Shown here: in pieces, positions 48,241 through 58,807 of the stretch
Position numbering within the stretch: the stretch's first letter is position 1
Layout: each line of letters begins with the position of its first letter
Origin: an uncultured bacterium
GTDB lineage: Bacteria > Patescibacteriota > Minisyncoccia > Moranbacterales > GWC2-37-73
Length of the DNA stretch: 64,000 nt
Assembly: GCA_903885965.1 (NCBI GenBank)
Contig: CAISKQ010000035.1
Location: 3,926-67,925, forward strand
Direction: 5' to 3'
The notes under the pieces: model-generated
The model's input: only the letters and a program-made list of their open reading frames with translations
What the model was told of the DNA's origin: nothing
Database searches by the model: none
Made by a program: the position numbers and the translations under genes

Positions 48241-48786
48241 TTAAAATGGTGAATTAAATCCTTCGAACGTCTGCGCTTTGGAATCTTTGTCTGATAAAAT
48301 CGGATTTTCAAGTGGCCAATAAATTTTCAGGGTTGGGTCGTTCCAAGCAATTGAGTGTTCGCTTTCAGGGGCGTAATAGCTGTCACATTTGTATTGAAAT
48401 TCGGTGTAGTCTTCTAATGTGCAAAAGCCATGCGCAAAACCGCGCGGCACAAAAAGCATCAAATGATTGTCGTCAGTCAGTTCAAAACTTTCCCATTGTC
48501 CGAAAGTTGGCGAATCTTTGCGCAAGTCCACAATCACGTCGTAGGCGGCTCCTTTCGTCACTCGAACAAGTTTGGCTTGAGTGTGTGGCGGATTTTGAAA
48601 ATGGAGTCCGCGCAGTACACCTTTGGTGACTGACATGGAATGATTGTCTTGCACAAAATCGGTTATGATGCCGATTTCTTCAAACTTCTTCTTTGAGTAG
48701 GTTTCTTCAAAAAAACCTCTTTCATCCTGAGAGACCTTGGGTTTAATAAGGTATGCACCGTTTAAGCTCTTTTTTATAATTTCCAT
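48241..48786 (-). CDS. rmlC: dTDP-4-dehydrorhamnose 3,5-epimerase
   Basis: DERGFF, QDNHS, GVLRGLHFQ, PRGFAHGF. Confidence 0.97.
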   Translation of the reverse strand: MEIIKKSLNGAYLIKPKVSQDERGFFEETYSKKKFEEIGIITDFVQDNHSMSVTKGVLRGLHFQNPPHTQAKLVRVTKGAAYDVIVDLRKDSPTFGQWESFELTDDNHLMLFVPRGFAHGFCTLEDYTEFQYKCDSYYAPESEHSIAWNDPTLKIYWPLENPILSDKDSKAQTFEGFNSPF

Positions 48787-48913
48787 GTATATTAGTTTTT
48801 AGCAAATATTGATACGATAAACCACGTATTTATCATAATATATTTTAGAGAAAATAAAAAGAGGCAGCCACTTCCCCATAAGTAGCCACCTCTTTAAAAA
48901 ATGCCTAAGAATC

Positions 48914-50275
48914 TTATTTAAAAACTACATCACTATTTAGTGCTTTTGAAAATCCATCAGTTGAAGCATCTGGCTTTATTAAATGAAAAGTTACTGGAAC
49001 TTCATTCAGGCCTGCTTGTTTTTGAACTTTCAAATTATAATTTTCACCAATAGATTCTGGTAAGGTGTAATTGATTTCGACAGTTTTAGTCGTTCCAATT
49101 GGTACACGAACAATTGCGCCAAAATATTTTTTGCCTAATTCATAGCCAAATTTTGCACTCTCAAAGTTTTTCTGACTTACGAGCCATGAACCCTTCGGCA
49201 CATATACTCGAAGATAGTCGGTGTAATCCCGCGTCATCCAATCTTTAAGTTTAGCAGTATGTTCATATGTTATTTTCAAATGTGCCTCGGGAATTTTTTT
49301 AGACAAATCAACAGTATAGTCAATTGAGCGTTTAACGTAGTAATCACTTTTAAATGAACCAAGATTTGCGTCCACGGTCATGAGATAGTCACTGCTCCAA
49401 CTCTGGTCAAGATTTCCAGCCCAAGAAGCGTCCTGCGCTTTCTTTTGCAAATTAGAATCATGAAAATATAACTGAATGTCCTTTTTATCTAAATCCTCAA
49501 TCAAAACTTTTGCCAATTGAACTTTTTGAGAAGCAGAAAAAGAAAAAACTCTTTTTTCAATTTCCTTGCCCAGGTCATTCATTACTGATTTTCGATCTCC
49601 TCGAGAAATCCCTTGCTCTTCAAAAGCTTTTTCAACTTGATATTCAAGGGCAACAATAGCATTTGAACTTTCGTATGTTCCCGGATAGCCTTCAATTTGA
49701 ATCGGTCCGGTAATTTTCAAAATTGAGGTAAACATATTAGCCGTAACACCAACAACACCATCAAATTGCTCTTGCCCGCCTCCGAGGTAATAAAATGCTT
49801 CTGCTTTTTTAGCGTTAGTTTCAAAGTCTGGAGAATAGTTTGAATCACGAAGTTTCCAAGCATTAATATGCAGCGTTTCTTTCATTGGATATGGCGGCTC
49901 AAACGTGTCAGGGATGCGACCATCAAAATTTGAAAGGTCGTGCGTTTCCATTGACGAAATTTTTCCATCCTTCAACTTTACAACAGCAAAAGCACCGATA
50001 AAACCACCGCCTGGACGAATCTCTAAATTATTTTGAAACAAAACTAGCAAAGTTCGCTGTTTTCCGTCAGTAGAAAGAAAATACTCGCCAAATGTTGCCA
50101 GTGCTTTATATTCTTTTTTTTGCATTTCGCTTATTGGAAAAAATCCAACAACCTGAGAAATCGTTTCCCCAACTCCCTTATTCTTATAATTCCAAAATAG
50201 ATACCAACCGATCAAAAAGAGGCCAGCACATGTCCAAAAAATTATCCAAAATTTTAGTGAGTATTTTTTAATCAT
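48914..50275 (-). CDS. DUF4012-like membrane-anchored protein
   Basis: LFQNN.EIRPGGGFIG, RDSNYSPDF, DANL...KSD, YLRVYVPKGS. Confidence 0.85.
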   Translation of the reverse strand: MIKKYSLKFWIIFWTCAGLFLIGWYLFWNYKNKGVGETISQVVGFFPISEMQKKEYKALATFGEYFLSTDGKQRTLLVLFQNNLEIRPGGGFIGAFAVVKLKDGKISSMETHDLSNFDGRIPDTFEPPYPMKETLHINAWKLRDSNYSPDFETNAKKAEAFYYLGGGQEQFDGVVGVTANMFTSILKITGPIQIEGYPGTYESSNAIVALEYQVEKAFEEQGISRGDRKSVMNDLGKEIEKRVFSFSASQKVQLAKVLIEDLDKKDIQLYFHDSNLQKKAQDASWAGNLDQSWSSDYLMTVDANLGSFKSDYYVKRSIDYTVDLSKKIPEAHLKITYEHTAKLKDWMTRDYTDYLRVYVPKGSWLVSQKNFESAKFGYELGKKYFGAIVRVPIGTTKTVEINYTLPESIGENYNLKVQKQAGLNEVPVTFHLIKPDASTDGFSKALNSDVVFK

Positions 50276-50353
50276 AAAAAATGAAGCATAGAACATGAAG
50301 CAGAAATATGAGATACATTTTTGCTGTATGTTCTATGTTTTATACTGTGGATT

Positions 50354-51427
50354 TTATAGTTCACCTTGCAGCAATTGATTAAGTCTTTTCTTTAGTTCCT
50401 CGGTAGTTGGTTCGTGAATTTTCTCTTTTGGAGTAGCATCATTTTCGAGCGCCTCAGCGCTTGGGCTTGGCGTCTCAGCATTTGATAGGCCAGTCTCCAT
50501 TGAAAAATCAGCAATTGGAAGATTATCCGGAGCAGCCGATTTTACCTGGCTATGAATTGGCATCTCTGGAAAATTTGGATATACCCCACGATTTGCTATT
50601 TCTTGCAAATGCACGATTTCCTCTGCTGCCACATTTTCCTGATGGGAAACAGTTTTGGTCAATACTTGATCAGCTACAGGCAAATCATTTTCAGTATAAG
50701 CACTTTGATTGTGCTCTTCTTCTTTGTACAAATTTTCTAAAGCCTCAATTGGCATTGGTTGATTGTTTTTTCTCGAAAAACTAAGATCTCGTAGTGGATT
50801 GTTCTTGTTAAGCATGTCTTGAAAATCAGTAGCTTTTTTTCTAATTATGGAAATTTGCCCAAGTGCTGCCGAAATTAAGCTTCCCAAAATAATACTAACT
50901 AATAGCATCAATGGCCATCCAACCACAACAACTCTTGTGATTGGTCCATCAATTATCCTCAAATCAACGTCTTCCTTAACATTGTAATATAAGCTTGTAG
51001 TGTCAAAAAGTGTCCGCACCGTCTTTGAAGCAATAAGATTTGAACTCGCCTCATTTTCACTGGACGCTGAAACTAAAATAGCAGAACTACCGCTGTCTGA
51101 TTGCTCAACTGAAAGCATACTATTCCAGATTTTTTTTCGCTGATCGGAATTTTTCCCGGAGGTAACATCTTTGATTGAATGATTTTCTCTCAACATTTTA
51201 TCATAGAATGAAAGCAGTCTTGGCAGTTGAATAAGGTTATTTAAAATCTGATTTTGCTGATTGATTGCATTTGCAGATTTTGCAATGACTAAAATAGTTA
51301 CCTCGCTTTGATATACCTTAAACTTTTCTACGCCAAGCAAGAAGAATGTCACACTCAAAACAACTGCCAAGACAACGGCCTGAAAGGAGAAGTGAATTTT
51401 TTTGAGTAGTTCTTTCATTATTTTCAT
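50354..51427 (-). CDS. Wzz/CapA-like polysaccharide chain-length protein with acidic disordered tail
   Basis: TM - YQSEV.ILV extracellular domain - IIDGP - TM, then low-complexity tail. Confidence 0.65.
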   Translation of the reverse strand: MKIMKELLKKIHFSFQAVVLAVVLSVTFFLLGVEKFKVYQSEVTILVIAKSANAINQQNQILNNLIQLPRLLSFYDKMLRENHSIKDVTSGKNSDQRKKIWNSMLSVEQSDSGSSAILVSASSENEASSNLIASKTVRTLFDTTSLYYNVKEDVDLRIIDGPITRVVVVGWPLMLLVSIILGSLISAALGQISIIRKKATDFQDMLNKNNPLRDLSFSRKNNQPMPIEALENLYKEEEHNQSAYTENDLPVADQVLTKTVSHQENVAAEEIVHLQEIANRGVYPNFPEMPIHSQVKSAAPDNLPIADFSMETGLSNAETPSPSAEALENDATPKEKIHEPTTEELKKRLNQLLQGEL

Positions 51428-51439
51428 TTATATTGAATG

Positions 51440-52558
51440 TTAAGCCTCTTGATAAACCTCGATTGTTTTTTTCGCGATTGAATCCCAGCTATAATTTTCT
51501 TCAATTCTTTTCTTTGCACGCTCACCCATTTTTTTTACTTCATCATTGCGACTGAGTAGAAATGCCAATTGATCGCGCAAATCAATTATTGATTTTGAAG
51601 CGAATGTGAAACCCTCTTCCCCAATAGCTTCCTTGTTTTCTTTGATATCGCTCACGAGTGGCGTAAGTCCATACCCCATGGCTTCAAGAAGTGCAATTGA
51701 CATCCCTTCGGATTCTGATGGTTGCGCAAAGAGATATGCATGAGAGAACAATTGCTCCAATGATTCACCTGTTTGCGCGCCAGTAAAAATTATGTTATCG
51801 CGTCCTTCGCTAATAGTATGGAGATATTTGACATAATCATCAGTATAAAAACCATCTCCAACAATAACTAATTTAAAATTATTTAATATTTTTGCAGTAT
51901 CTTCAAGTTGTTTAAAGGCTTCAATCAGATAGTGCACACCTTTGTGTTTAATAAGTCTTCCAACCGAAAGAATATACTTCTTATCCTTAAGCCCCCATTG
52001 AGAAATGGAATCTACTTGGCTGCTATAACGAATATCTGCACCATTTGGGATTACAGTTGTTTTGCTGCCATATTTATCCTTTGCCAATTGTGACAATGAC
52101 TTACTCACAGCAATAGTCTTGTGCGGAACTTTGCATGTGATAATTTCACCAAAACGTAAGCTTGCGCGAGCAAATACGCCCCATTTCTGATGGTAATAAT
52201 CTTGACAGTGAAATGTTGCAATGACCTTAGTCCCTGGCTTTAGGATTCTTGGAATTATGCTTAAAATCGTCGGTCCGATGCCGTGATAATGAATAACATC
52301 ATAACGACACAGCAAAGCGTGCATACTTGCAAAGAAAGTATGGCTGATAGCTTCAAGATGCTTTGTTTGAATGCTAGGCAAATGAATAAGCTTGATACCT
52401 TTGTATTGCATCAATTCTTTTTCTGTATAGTTATTTCTAACATAAACAGAAACATCATGTCCTTGCTGCACCATTCGCACGGCAACTTCTTCGACATGCT
52501 TTTCAATGCCGCCTGATTTTGCTGGCAGACCTTTTTGTCCAATAAGTGCTATTTTCAT
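51440..52558 (-). CDS. Glycosyltransferase family 4
   Basis: GQKGLPA..GGIE, VGRL..HKG, EGMSIALLEAM. Confidence 0.95.
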   Translation of the reverse strand: MKIALIGQKGLPAKSGGIEKHVEEVAVRMVQQGHDVSVYVRNNYTEKELMQYKGIKLIHLPSIQTKHLEAISHTFFASMHALLCRYDVIHYHGIGPTILSIIPRILKPGTKVIATFHCQDYYHQKWGVFARASLRFGEIITCKVPHKTIAVSKSLSQLAKDKYGSKTTVIPNGADIRYSSQVDSISQWGLKDKKYILSVGRLIKHKGVHYLIEAFKQLEDTAKILNNFKLVIVGDGFYTDDYVKYLHTISEGRDNIIFTGAQTGESLEQLFSHAYLFAQPSESEGMSIALLEAMGYGLTPLVSDIKENKEAIGEEGFTFASKSIIDLRDQLAFLLSRNDEVKKMGERAKKRIEENYSWDSIAKKTIEVYQEA

Positions 52559-52610
52559 ATAACTGCAAACTACATACGAATTTATAAGTAAACACCTCTC
52601 AATCCTAGCG

Positions 52611-53564
52611 TTAGTTGATTCTTAGAATACTTGAAATATTTCCCTGTTTTGTTTGATCGAAAGTATTGTTTTTCTGAGAAGTCAATCCATTCCAAATGCT
52701 GGCGCTTACATTGCCACGAGAGATACGAGCAATGGCATATTTGTCGTTGTTGATAAACTTTGATTTATTAACATCGATGCGACCTGTGCCACCGTAAGCA
52801 TTTATTTCAATTCCACTGTGTCCATTGCTTCGATAGGTGTTAGATTTTGTCCAAATGTCACTGTTATCCAATGTCGCGGAAATACCACTTCCGTTGTTAC
52901 CTTTAATTGTATTCTTTTCTATCCAAGCGCTTGATCCCGCAACCATGCTAATTCCATCACTATCATTGTTGGTGATTTCATTATTCATAATTACCAAACG
53001 ATGTTTTTGAGAAAAAATTCCTGAACGACCATTGTCCTTTATGATGCTATCCGTAATGTTGATGGCACTATTTTTCTTGGTCGATCCACTTTCAATTTTG
53101 ATTCCGTCTTTTTCATTATTCTTGATAACGCAGTCAATTATGGAAGCTTTGGCATTTTTCTTAATCCAAATTCCCTCATGACCATCTTTAATTGTAACCT
53201 TATTTATTTCAGTGTTGCTCTTCATACTCACCACAACTTTTCTATGGCTTTTGGCCTGAATCACAACTTCATCAGCGCTGGTACCAAATATTTTCACGCC
53301 GCTTGGGATCTCAATATTATCTTCATAAGTTCCCTTAGCTACGTGCACATCACTTCGATCATTCGCGTGAACCAATGCTTCAGAGATTGTGTGATATGGC
53401 CTGCTTACAGAACCATCTTCAACGCCTGATTTAGAGCCATCCACGTAAATATCATTTCGGGACGAAGCGAATATTAAAAAAGGAGCCACAAAAACAGCTA
53501 TCATGAGAAATCCTCCGATAAATTCAATTGTTGGCTTTTTAAAAGCATTTGTAAATTTTTCCAT
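52611..53564 (-). CDS. Right-handed parallel beta-helix protein (DUF1565-like N-terminus)
   Basis: IYVD...DGS..RPY.TI.EAL, GTY, repeated I..N...GI units. Confidence 0.85.
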   Translation of the reverse strand: MEKFTNAFKKPTIEFIGGFLMIAVFVAPFLIFASSRNDIYVDGSKSGVEDGSVSRPYHTISEALVHANDRSDVHVAKGTYEDNIEIPSGVKIFGTSADEVVIQAKSHRKVVVSMKSNTEINKVTIKDGHEGIWIKKNAKASIIDCVIKNNEKDGIKIESGSTKKNSAINITDSIIKDNGRSGIFSQKHRLVIMNNEITNNDSDGISMVAGSSAWIEKNTIKGNNGSGISATLDNSDIWTKSNTYRSNGHSGIEINAYGGTGRIDVNKSKFINNDKYAIARISRGNVSASIWNGLTSQKNNTFDQTKQGNISSILRIN

Positions 53565-53630
53565 ACTTAATATTTTTTAGTAATTATTATCTAGAAAGCG
53601 ACTATAATAAAGGCTTTTTAACGGCATTTA

Positions 53631-54911
53631 TCATGACTTGATATCATAGCAAATTTCAACTGATGTGTCAACCCCAGAAGGGTCTTTTAATATTTGCTGG
53701 TATTTTTCTTTATCTGTCTGCGCGGTAAGAATATTCATCATCTTCTTCAAATACTGCGTTTCGCTATATTTTTCTGCATGACTTTTGATGTCATTTTGAT
53801 TGAAAATTTTCTTGTCTTGAGCAATTTCTTCAATCGCACTGATAAATTCAGTTTGATTTTCAACGATTGCCCCATCCACACTGTTTTCAATAATTTCTCC
53901 ATATGCCCCAACATTAAACCCAATAAATGGTTTTCCATTACTGAGAGCTTCCAGCGCAATCAGTCCAAATGTTTCTGGCAACTGTGAACCGGAAACAACG
54001 CATTTTGCAGATTCAAGGTATCTGCGCAATTGAGCTGCATTGAGAAAACCAAGATGTCTAATATTGGCGTTAGTTGGAATTTCAAAACCTTCTTCAATTT
54101 CACCGGCAAGATAAAGTTTCATCCCTTTAATATCTTTGAAAACATCACAGAGCAAGTCAACGCCTTTTTCTTTAGAAATTTTTCCCGGATAAATAGCAAA
54201 CTTTTCGGTTGCGAAATATATATTTTGCTTTTCGTCCTCATTATTGCTGGTTGAAATAAAATGTGGTAAGACAAATATTTTTCCCTCTTCAATTCCCCAC
54301 TTAATTAGTATACTTTTCGTAAACTGACTTGGCGCAATATACAAATCAATATTTTTTTCATAAGTTCCAAGCCAACCGTGCCAATACATCTCAGCACTGG
54401 CTAGAAAACTCTTCGCATATGAGTTCTTAATAGCCTTGTCCAAAAAGCATTGATAATATTTCTTATTAGCGCATCTTTCATATGCCTTTCCATTGAGCCT
54501 CAATGAATGATTAGGGTTGATGATCTTAAAATCATGCACAGTCATGACAATCGGAATATTTCTTTTTTTAATTTCAAACAAAATTGCCGGAGACATTTGA
54601 TGATAAATATTATGAATATGGACTATTTCAGGTTTAAAGTCATCCATAATTGCATTGATTTTTCTTTTAGCCTCAAGGGAATAAAACATTCGAAAAACGC
54701 CACCAATCTTTTGCCAAAATGAAAAAGCATCGCCATATCCAACCGATGAAAGGAAGTACTTGCTCCAAATCGATGGCTTATTGTCCGTTTGCCACATTGA
54801 AAAAGCTGCCACCTGATGGCCATCCTTTTCAAGCAGGTCAATCACATCCAAGAATTGCTTGTCTGCGCCACGCTTGGCATTGTAAAATTTATTGATTTCT
54901 AAAATTCGCAT
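53631..54911 (-). CDS. Glycosyltransferase family 4
   Basis: HIHNIYHQ.SP, TVHDFK, KEKG, ETFGLIALEA. Confidence 0.92.
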   Translation of the reverse strand: MRILEINKFYNAKRGADKQFLDVIDLLEKDGHQVAAFSMWQTDNKPSIWSKYFLSSVGYGDAFSFWQKIGGVFRMFYSLEAKRKINAIMDDFKPEIVHIHNIYHQMSPAILFEIKKRNIPIVMTVHDFKIINPNHSLRLNGKAYERCANKKYYQCFLDKAIKNSYAKSFLASAEMYWHGWLGTYEKNIDLYIAPSQFTKSILIKWGIEEGKIFVLPHFISTSNNEDEKQNIYFATEKFAIYPGKISKEKGVDLLCDVFKDIKGMKLYLAGEIEEGFEIPTNANIRHLGFLNAAQLRRYLESAKCVVSGSQLPETFGLIALEALSNGKPFIGFNVGAYGEIIENSVDGAIVENQTEFISAIEEIAQDKKIFNQNDIKSHAEKYSETQYLKKMMNILTAQTDKEKYQQILKDPSGVDTSVEICYDIKS

Positions 54912-54927
54912 AATTTGTAGGTTTAGC

Positions 54928-56373
54928 TTAAGCTATTTTTTCTCCATATAATCTTCGTAGCACTGCCAAATTTATCCAGAAAAATATTCCCAGCAGGTTG
55001 GCTTCCAAATATGGTTGAAACATGAAAGCCACAAATTGAAAGACTAAGATACCAAGACTCGCATATGCCGCAATTTGAAAAGTCTCATCTTTGAAACTAT
55101 ATTTAAAGACATTCCAACTCAAAAACACTAAGATTGTCAGGATCATTGAAAGTCCAAAAATACCCATCTGTACAAGTAGTACCAAAAATGAATTATGAAT
55201 ATTGCGAACCTCAACAAAATCCCGATAAGACCCAATCTCTACCGACACACTTTGACCAAAACCAATTCCGAGAACTGGGCTTTCTGCATATTTTTTGATA
55301 GCTGACTGCCATACTGCTCCTCTCCAAAAGATGCTTTCGTCACCGTTAGTGTTGGTAATTGATGTTACTCGTTTGCTAAGCATATTTGCTCCGCTACTAA
55401 GATTTTCATAAAAAGAAGATCGAGGAAACAAAAGCACCACGTACGTCACGATGATGGCAAGGATAATGAGAATTACGCCATACGAATATGCATAACGTTT
55501 CAGTTTCTCTTTTTGCGTTGATCCAAAAAGCACAATTACGCCAATGACTGAAACAAGTAAGCTAATCCAGAGATGTCTCATCATGGAGCCAATAATGCCG
55601 ATTGTCCAGATTGGCATCAGCACCAGCAGCCATCTTGAGAATGTGTCCTTCTTATGCGCAAGATAAATAAGCGCCAAGATAAGTGTCATTGAGAGATAGA
55701 ATCCATGCGTAAAGGCAAGCGTTCTGATTCCATCGGTAGAAAGTGGCGTAAAATCTGACCAAAGACCGTGCCTGACCGCTATGCCATAGACCACAAACCA
55801 AATTATTGCGATTGCTCCAGCAAAAATTGCACTGCCAAGTTCAACTAGGCGCTGCCTTGAATCAATTAAGATGAACACCACAAAATACAGCAATGAGTAA
55901 AAGGCATAATTTTTTGCACTACTGAAAGCCAGGGAAATATTCCCACTACTAAATAGAAGATTTCCAACAAAGTATGCCATCGAAAGAAAAATAAACAGCC
56001 CGGCAACAATATCAATCTTTTTCCAAACAATTTTTAGGTTGCCAGTAGCTATTTGAAAAATCATCCCAGCTATCACCCCGCAAAAAAGTACATCAATTGG
56101 ATAAAGCTTATATTCACTTCTTCCCATCGCAACGGGAACCAATGTGTAAAATCTTTCAAAAACGAAGGTCAAAAATATCATCGCATATAGCCCTGCTCGC
56201 GGATAAGCCAAAGCAACACCTGCCCCAACCAACATAGTAATCACATAGAGTGGCAAATTGAACCCGAAAAAATAATTCACGATTGCAAAAAGTGAAGAAA
56301 ACGCAACAACAAATATCGCGTAAATTATGTCTAGTGGAATTTTGTCAGTTAAGTGATTTTTCATATAGGTCAT
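54928..56373 (-). CDS. O-antigen ligase/polymerase family membrane protein
   Basis: Multiple TM helices, S..WR...W, P.LGIGFG, HNSFL.LL..MG..G. Confidence 0.9.
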   Translation of the reverse strand: MTYMKNHLTDKIPLDIIYAIFVVAFSSLFAIVNYFFGFNLPLYVITMLVGAGVALAYPRAGLYAMIFLTFVFERFYTLVPVAMGRSEYKLYPIDVLFCGVIAGMIFQIATGNLKIVWKKIDIVAGLFIFLSMAYFVGNLLFSSGNISLAFSSAKNYAFYSLLYFVVFILIDSRQRLVELGSAIFAGAIAIIWFVVYGIAVRHGLWSDFTPLSTDGIRTLAFTHGFYLSMTLILALIYLAHKKDTFSRWLLVLMPIWTIGIIGSMMRHLWISLLVSVIGVIVLFGSTQKEKLKRYAYSYGVILIILAIIVTYVVLLFPRSSFYENLSSGANMLSKRVTSITNTNGDESIFWRGAVWQSAIKKYAESPVLGIGFGQSVSVEIGSYRDFVEVRNIHNSFLVLLVQMGIFGLSMILTILVFLSWNVFKYSFKDETFQIAAYASLGILVFQFVAFMFQPYLEANLLGIFFWINLAVLRRLYGEKIA

Positions 56374-56606
56374 ACACTATTAATATATAATTTCTAATTT
56401 TCAATCATATCCCAATGTCAACATTTTAAATTGTTGAACTATTAGAAGCTCATTGCAAATTATTAATCCATTATCAGCTGATAAATGGAAATTTATCAAT
56501 CTGGCAACCCTAGAATTTGAGTCATCTTAGGCATATTTGCCTAAACATAGCAAATATCAGAATATTTGAGATGACCATCAATTATAGCATAGTTTAATAA
56601 AAATGT

Positions 56607-56642
56607 AAAGCCCCCAAGTCACTAGTGTGATTCGGGGGCTTT
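56607..56642 (-). terminator. Terminator after three-gene island
   Basis: AAAGCCCCC..tcac-tagt-gtga..GGGGGCTTT. Confidence 0.7.
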
Positions 56643-56675
56643 GTTGTGGCGATTTACGCCGGGTTAGCAAAGAAC

Positions 56676-57545
56676 TTACTTTTTAGCAGGCGGAACTGAT
56701 GCACTAGACTTAGTATCAATTTTTTTCTCGATACTGTCGAGCTTGTCATGCACCGTTGATCTGCCATCTTTTGGATCACTAAGGGATTTGTGAACTTTCT
56801 TCACAACAAGGTGTGCCTCCTTGACAATCACCAATGTTTTCCTTGCTTTCTGATGCAAGGTTTTTTCATCCGCAGGGTCATCCTCACTTGGACGACCGAT
56901 TGAATTCATAACCTCCTCACAAGGTCCATCCTTCTTGATCACTTTAGGATAATGCGCTGGGACAACCGAATGACGAGAATCTTCAATGTTGGCTCTCTGT
57001 CTCTTTAAATGCACTGCCCGCTCATCGTCGCAATCACTATTGTCAATAGGTGACTCTGGTGAGTCGCCTGTGCCAGTGTAAACAAACATCGCACCACCAG
57101 AATTGGCGATGCTAGATGTTTTAAAACTCATGCCCATTTTAATTTTACCTGCAGTCCTGATTTTGCAATCAGGAACCCCTAGCCAGGCACTGGAGTTTTC
57201 CTCCTTTGTAAAATTAAGGCATGTGGCCCCATTCTGCAAGCCAAACTCATCCAGCTTGAATTTCAAGACGGCGCTATTTGTGCCGTCGGTTACTTCGAAT
57301 GGCATCACTGTTATTATTCGTTGCGCCGTGCTTCTCAGCCTATCCGGGCAATACTGCTGCAAGACAAGCCGGTCAATCGGTGACGAGCAATTCGTTTTGT
57401 CAACCAAAATGGTGACATCCCCGTGTCCTTCAGACGTAACCACCATCTTGTGTAATGTCGGAAATGGCACTGCGAGGGCCGCCGAACTTATCAATGTTAA
57501 TGCAAATAATGCAATCATCGATAATGACTTTGTAGACTTTCTCAT
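56676..57545 (-). CDS. Secreted hypothetical protein
   Basis: Signal peptide ending ALA; SD AAGGAG; six Cys. Confidence 0.75.
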   Translation of the reverse strand: MRKSTKSLSMIALFALTLISSAALAVPFPTLHKMVVTSEGHGDVTILVDKTNCSSPIDRLVLQQYCPDRLRSTAQRIITVMPFEVTDGTNSAVLKFKLDEFGLQNGATCLNFTKEENSSAWLGVPDCKIRTAGKIKMGMSFKTSSIANSGGAMFVYTGTGDSPESPIDNSDCDDERAVHLKRQRANIEDSRHSVVPAHYPKVIKKDGPCEEVMNSIGRPSEDDPADEKTLHQKARKTLVIVKEAHLVVKKVHKSLSDPKDGRSTVHDKLDSIEKKIDTKSSASVPPAKK

Positions 57546-57625
57546 TTTTTCTCTCCTTGTTTTTGTTTAGTGCTTGATTTTTTGTTACAAGCACTAAACG
57601 GTTAACGTTACCTTTCCTTAATTCT

Positions 57626-58807
57626 CTACTCTTGATCAAGTGGCATTTTTGCAATCGTGACCACATCTTCTTTTGCACCAGGCAAAGTCCGATAAGATCC
57701 ATCACTGGATTTTTCAACCTTTAATTCCTCTGATGCAGAAGCAGTTGTGATTCCTCCTTTCCACTTAACTGCTTCTTCTCTTCTGTCAGCGTCAAACTTG
57801 CGAAGGTTGTCACTAACGTTGTAACCAAGACATATTCCGATAAATGGCCCACCAGCTGCAAATATTGAGCTAGCGCTTAAGCTAAAATTTCTATAGCCAA
57901 GAACAATTTGTGGCCCAACCCCGATAATAGGTTTACCATCAGAAATATTAAATGATAATACGCCACCACCCTTACCTAGGAAGTCAGGCGTGAAACGATG
58001 TTCGCCCATCGCTGCAAATGCTAAGTATGAATCCTTTGGAAAATACTGCCCATCAGCAGTAATAATGATTACATCTCGGCTATTCAACGAATGAGTAAAC
58101 TGCAGGTATGCGCCAGGCATAAAGCCACTCCGACTATTGTCAGTTATCCCAAACCGATAGAGCATTCTCATTTTAACAAGAATGTCATCTGATGGAGTGA
58201 AAGCTCGATAATAATCAAGGTTGACTCCTGGGGCAACATATCCCCAATGCCATGTGCCGCCTTTAGTTCCTCCGTAGTCAGTTCGCACCGTTGGACCATA
58301 CCCAAGGTTTTCAGCGTCTTCAAGACGCGTCAACCAATGAGTCATCTCTGAAAGAGTCCAAAAGCCACTAGACCCAGCTCCCATAGCATGCCATGCACCT
58401 GTGTAAACACTGTACTCGTTAAAGGATGCCTTAAACGAGTGATCAGGCCTTTCGGAAGGCGGAATTCCAGCTGGATGCTGGCTAACGATTGCATGTGCTA
58501 ACTCAGCCTCAACCGTTGGCACCCTTAGCTTCTTAACCGCCTCGGGTTGAGCTACAGTTGTTTGAACATTCTGCTCGCGAAATTTTTCTGGCAGAACCTT
58601 TACAGTGGCGGTAGCACATGGAACCTCAGCTTTTCCAAAAGCCGCTTCTCTGCGAGCTTTCAAAATGCGATACGTATACTCCGTATCTGAGTTGACCGTC
58701 CCAACTCCTGAGATGGTCGCCTTATTTTCCCTAGCATTTGCAGGCAAATTGCCAGCACACACCAGGAGCAAAAGCAATGAAATAGTTGTTATCCTGATGT
58801 TTTTCAT
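57626..58807 (-). CDS. Secreted hypothetical protein, possible beta-barrel
   Basis: Signal peptide (ANA), SD AAGGAG, long run of G/aromatic-rich alternating strands. Confidence 0.75.
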   Translation of the reverse strand: MKNIRITTISLLLLLVCAGNLPANARENKATISGVGTVNSDTEYTYRILKARREAAFGKAEVPCATATVKVLPEKFREQNVQTTVAQPEAVKKLRVPTVEAELAHAIVSQHPAGIPPSERPDHSFKASFNEYSVYTGAWHAMGAGSSGFWTLSEMTHWLTRLEDAENLGYGPTVRTDYGGTKGGTWHWGYVAPGVNLDYYRAFTPSDDILVKMRMLYRFGITDNSRSGFMPGAYLQFTHSLNSRDVIIITADGQYFPKDSYLAFAAMGEHRFTPDFLGKGGGVLSFNISDGKPIIGVGPQIVLGYRNFSLSASSIFAAGGPFIGICLGYNVSDNLRKFDADRREEAVKWKGGITTASASEELKVEKSSDGSYRTLPGAKEDVVTIAKMPLDQE

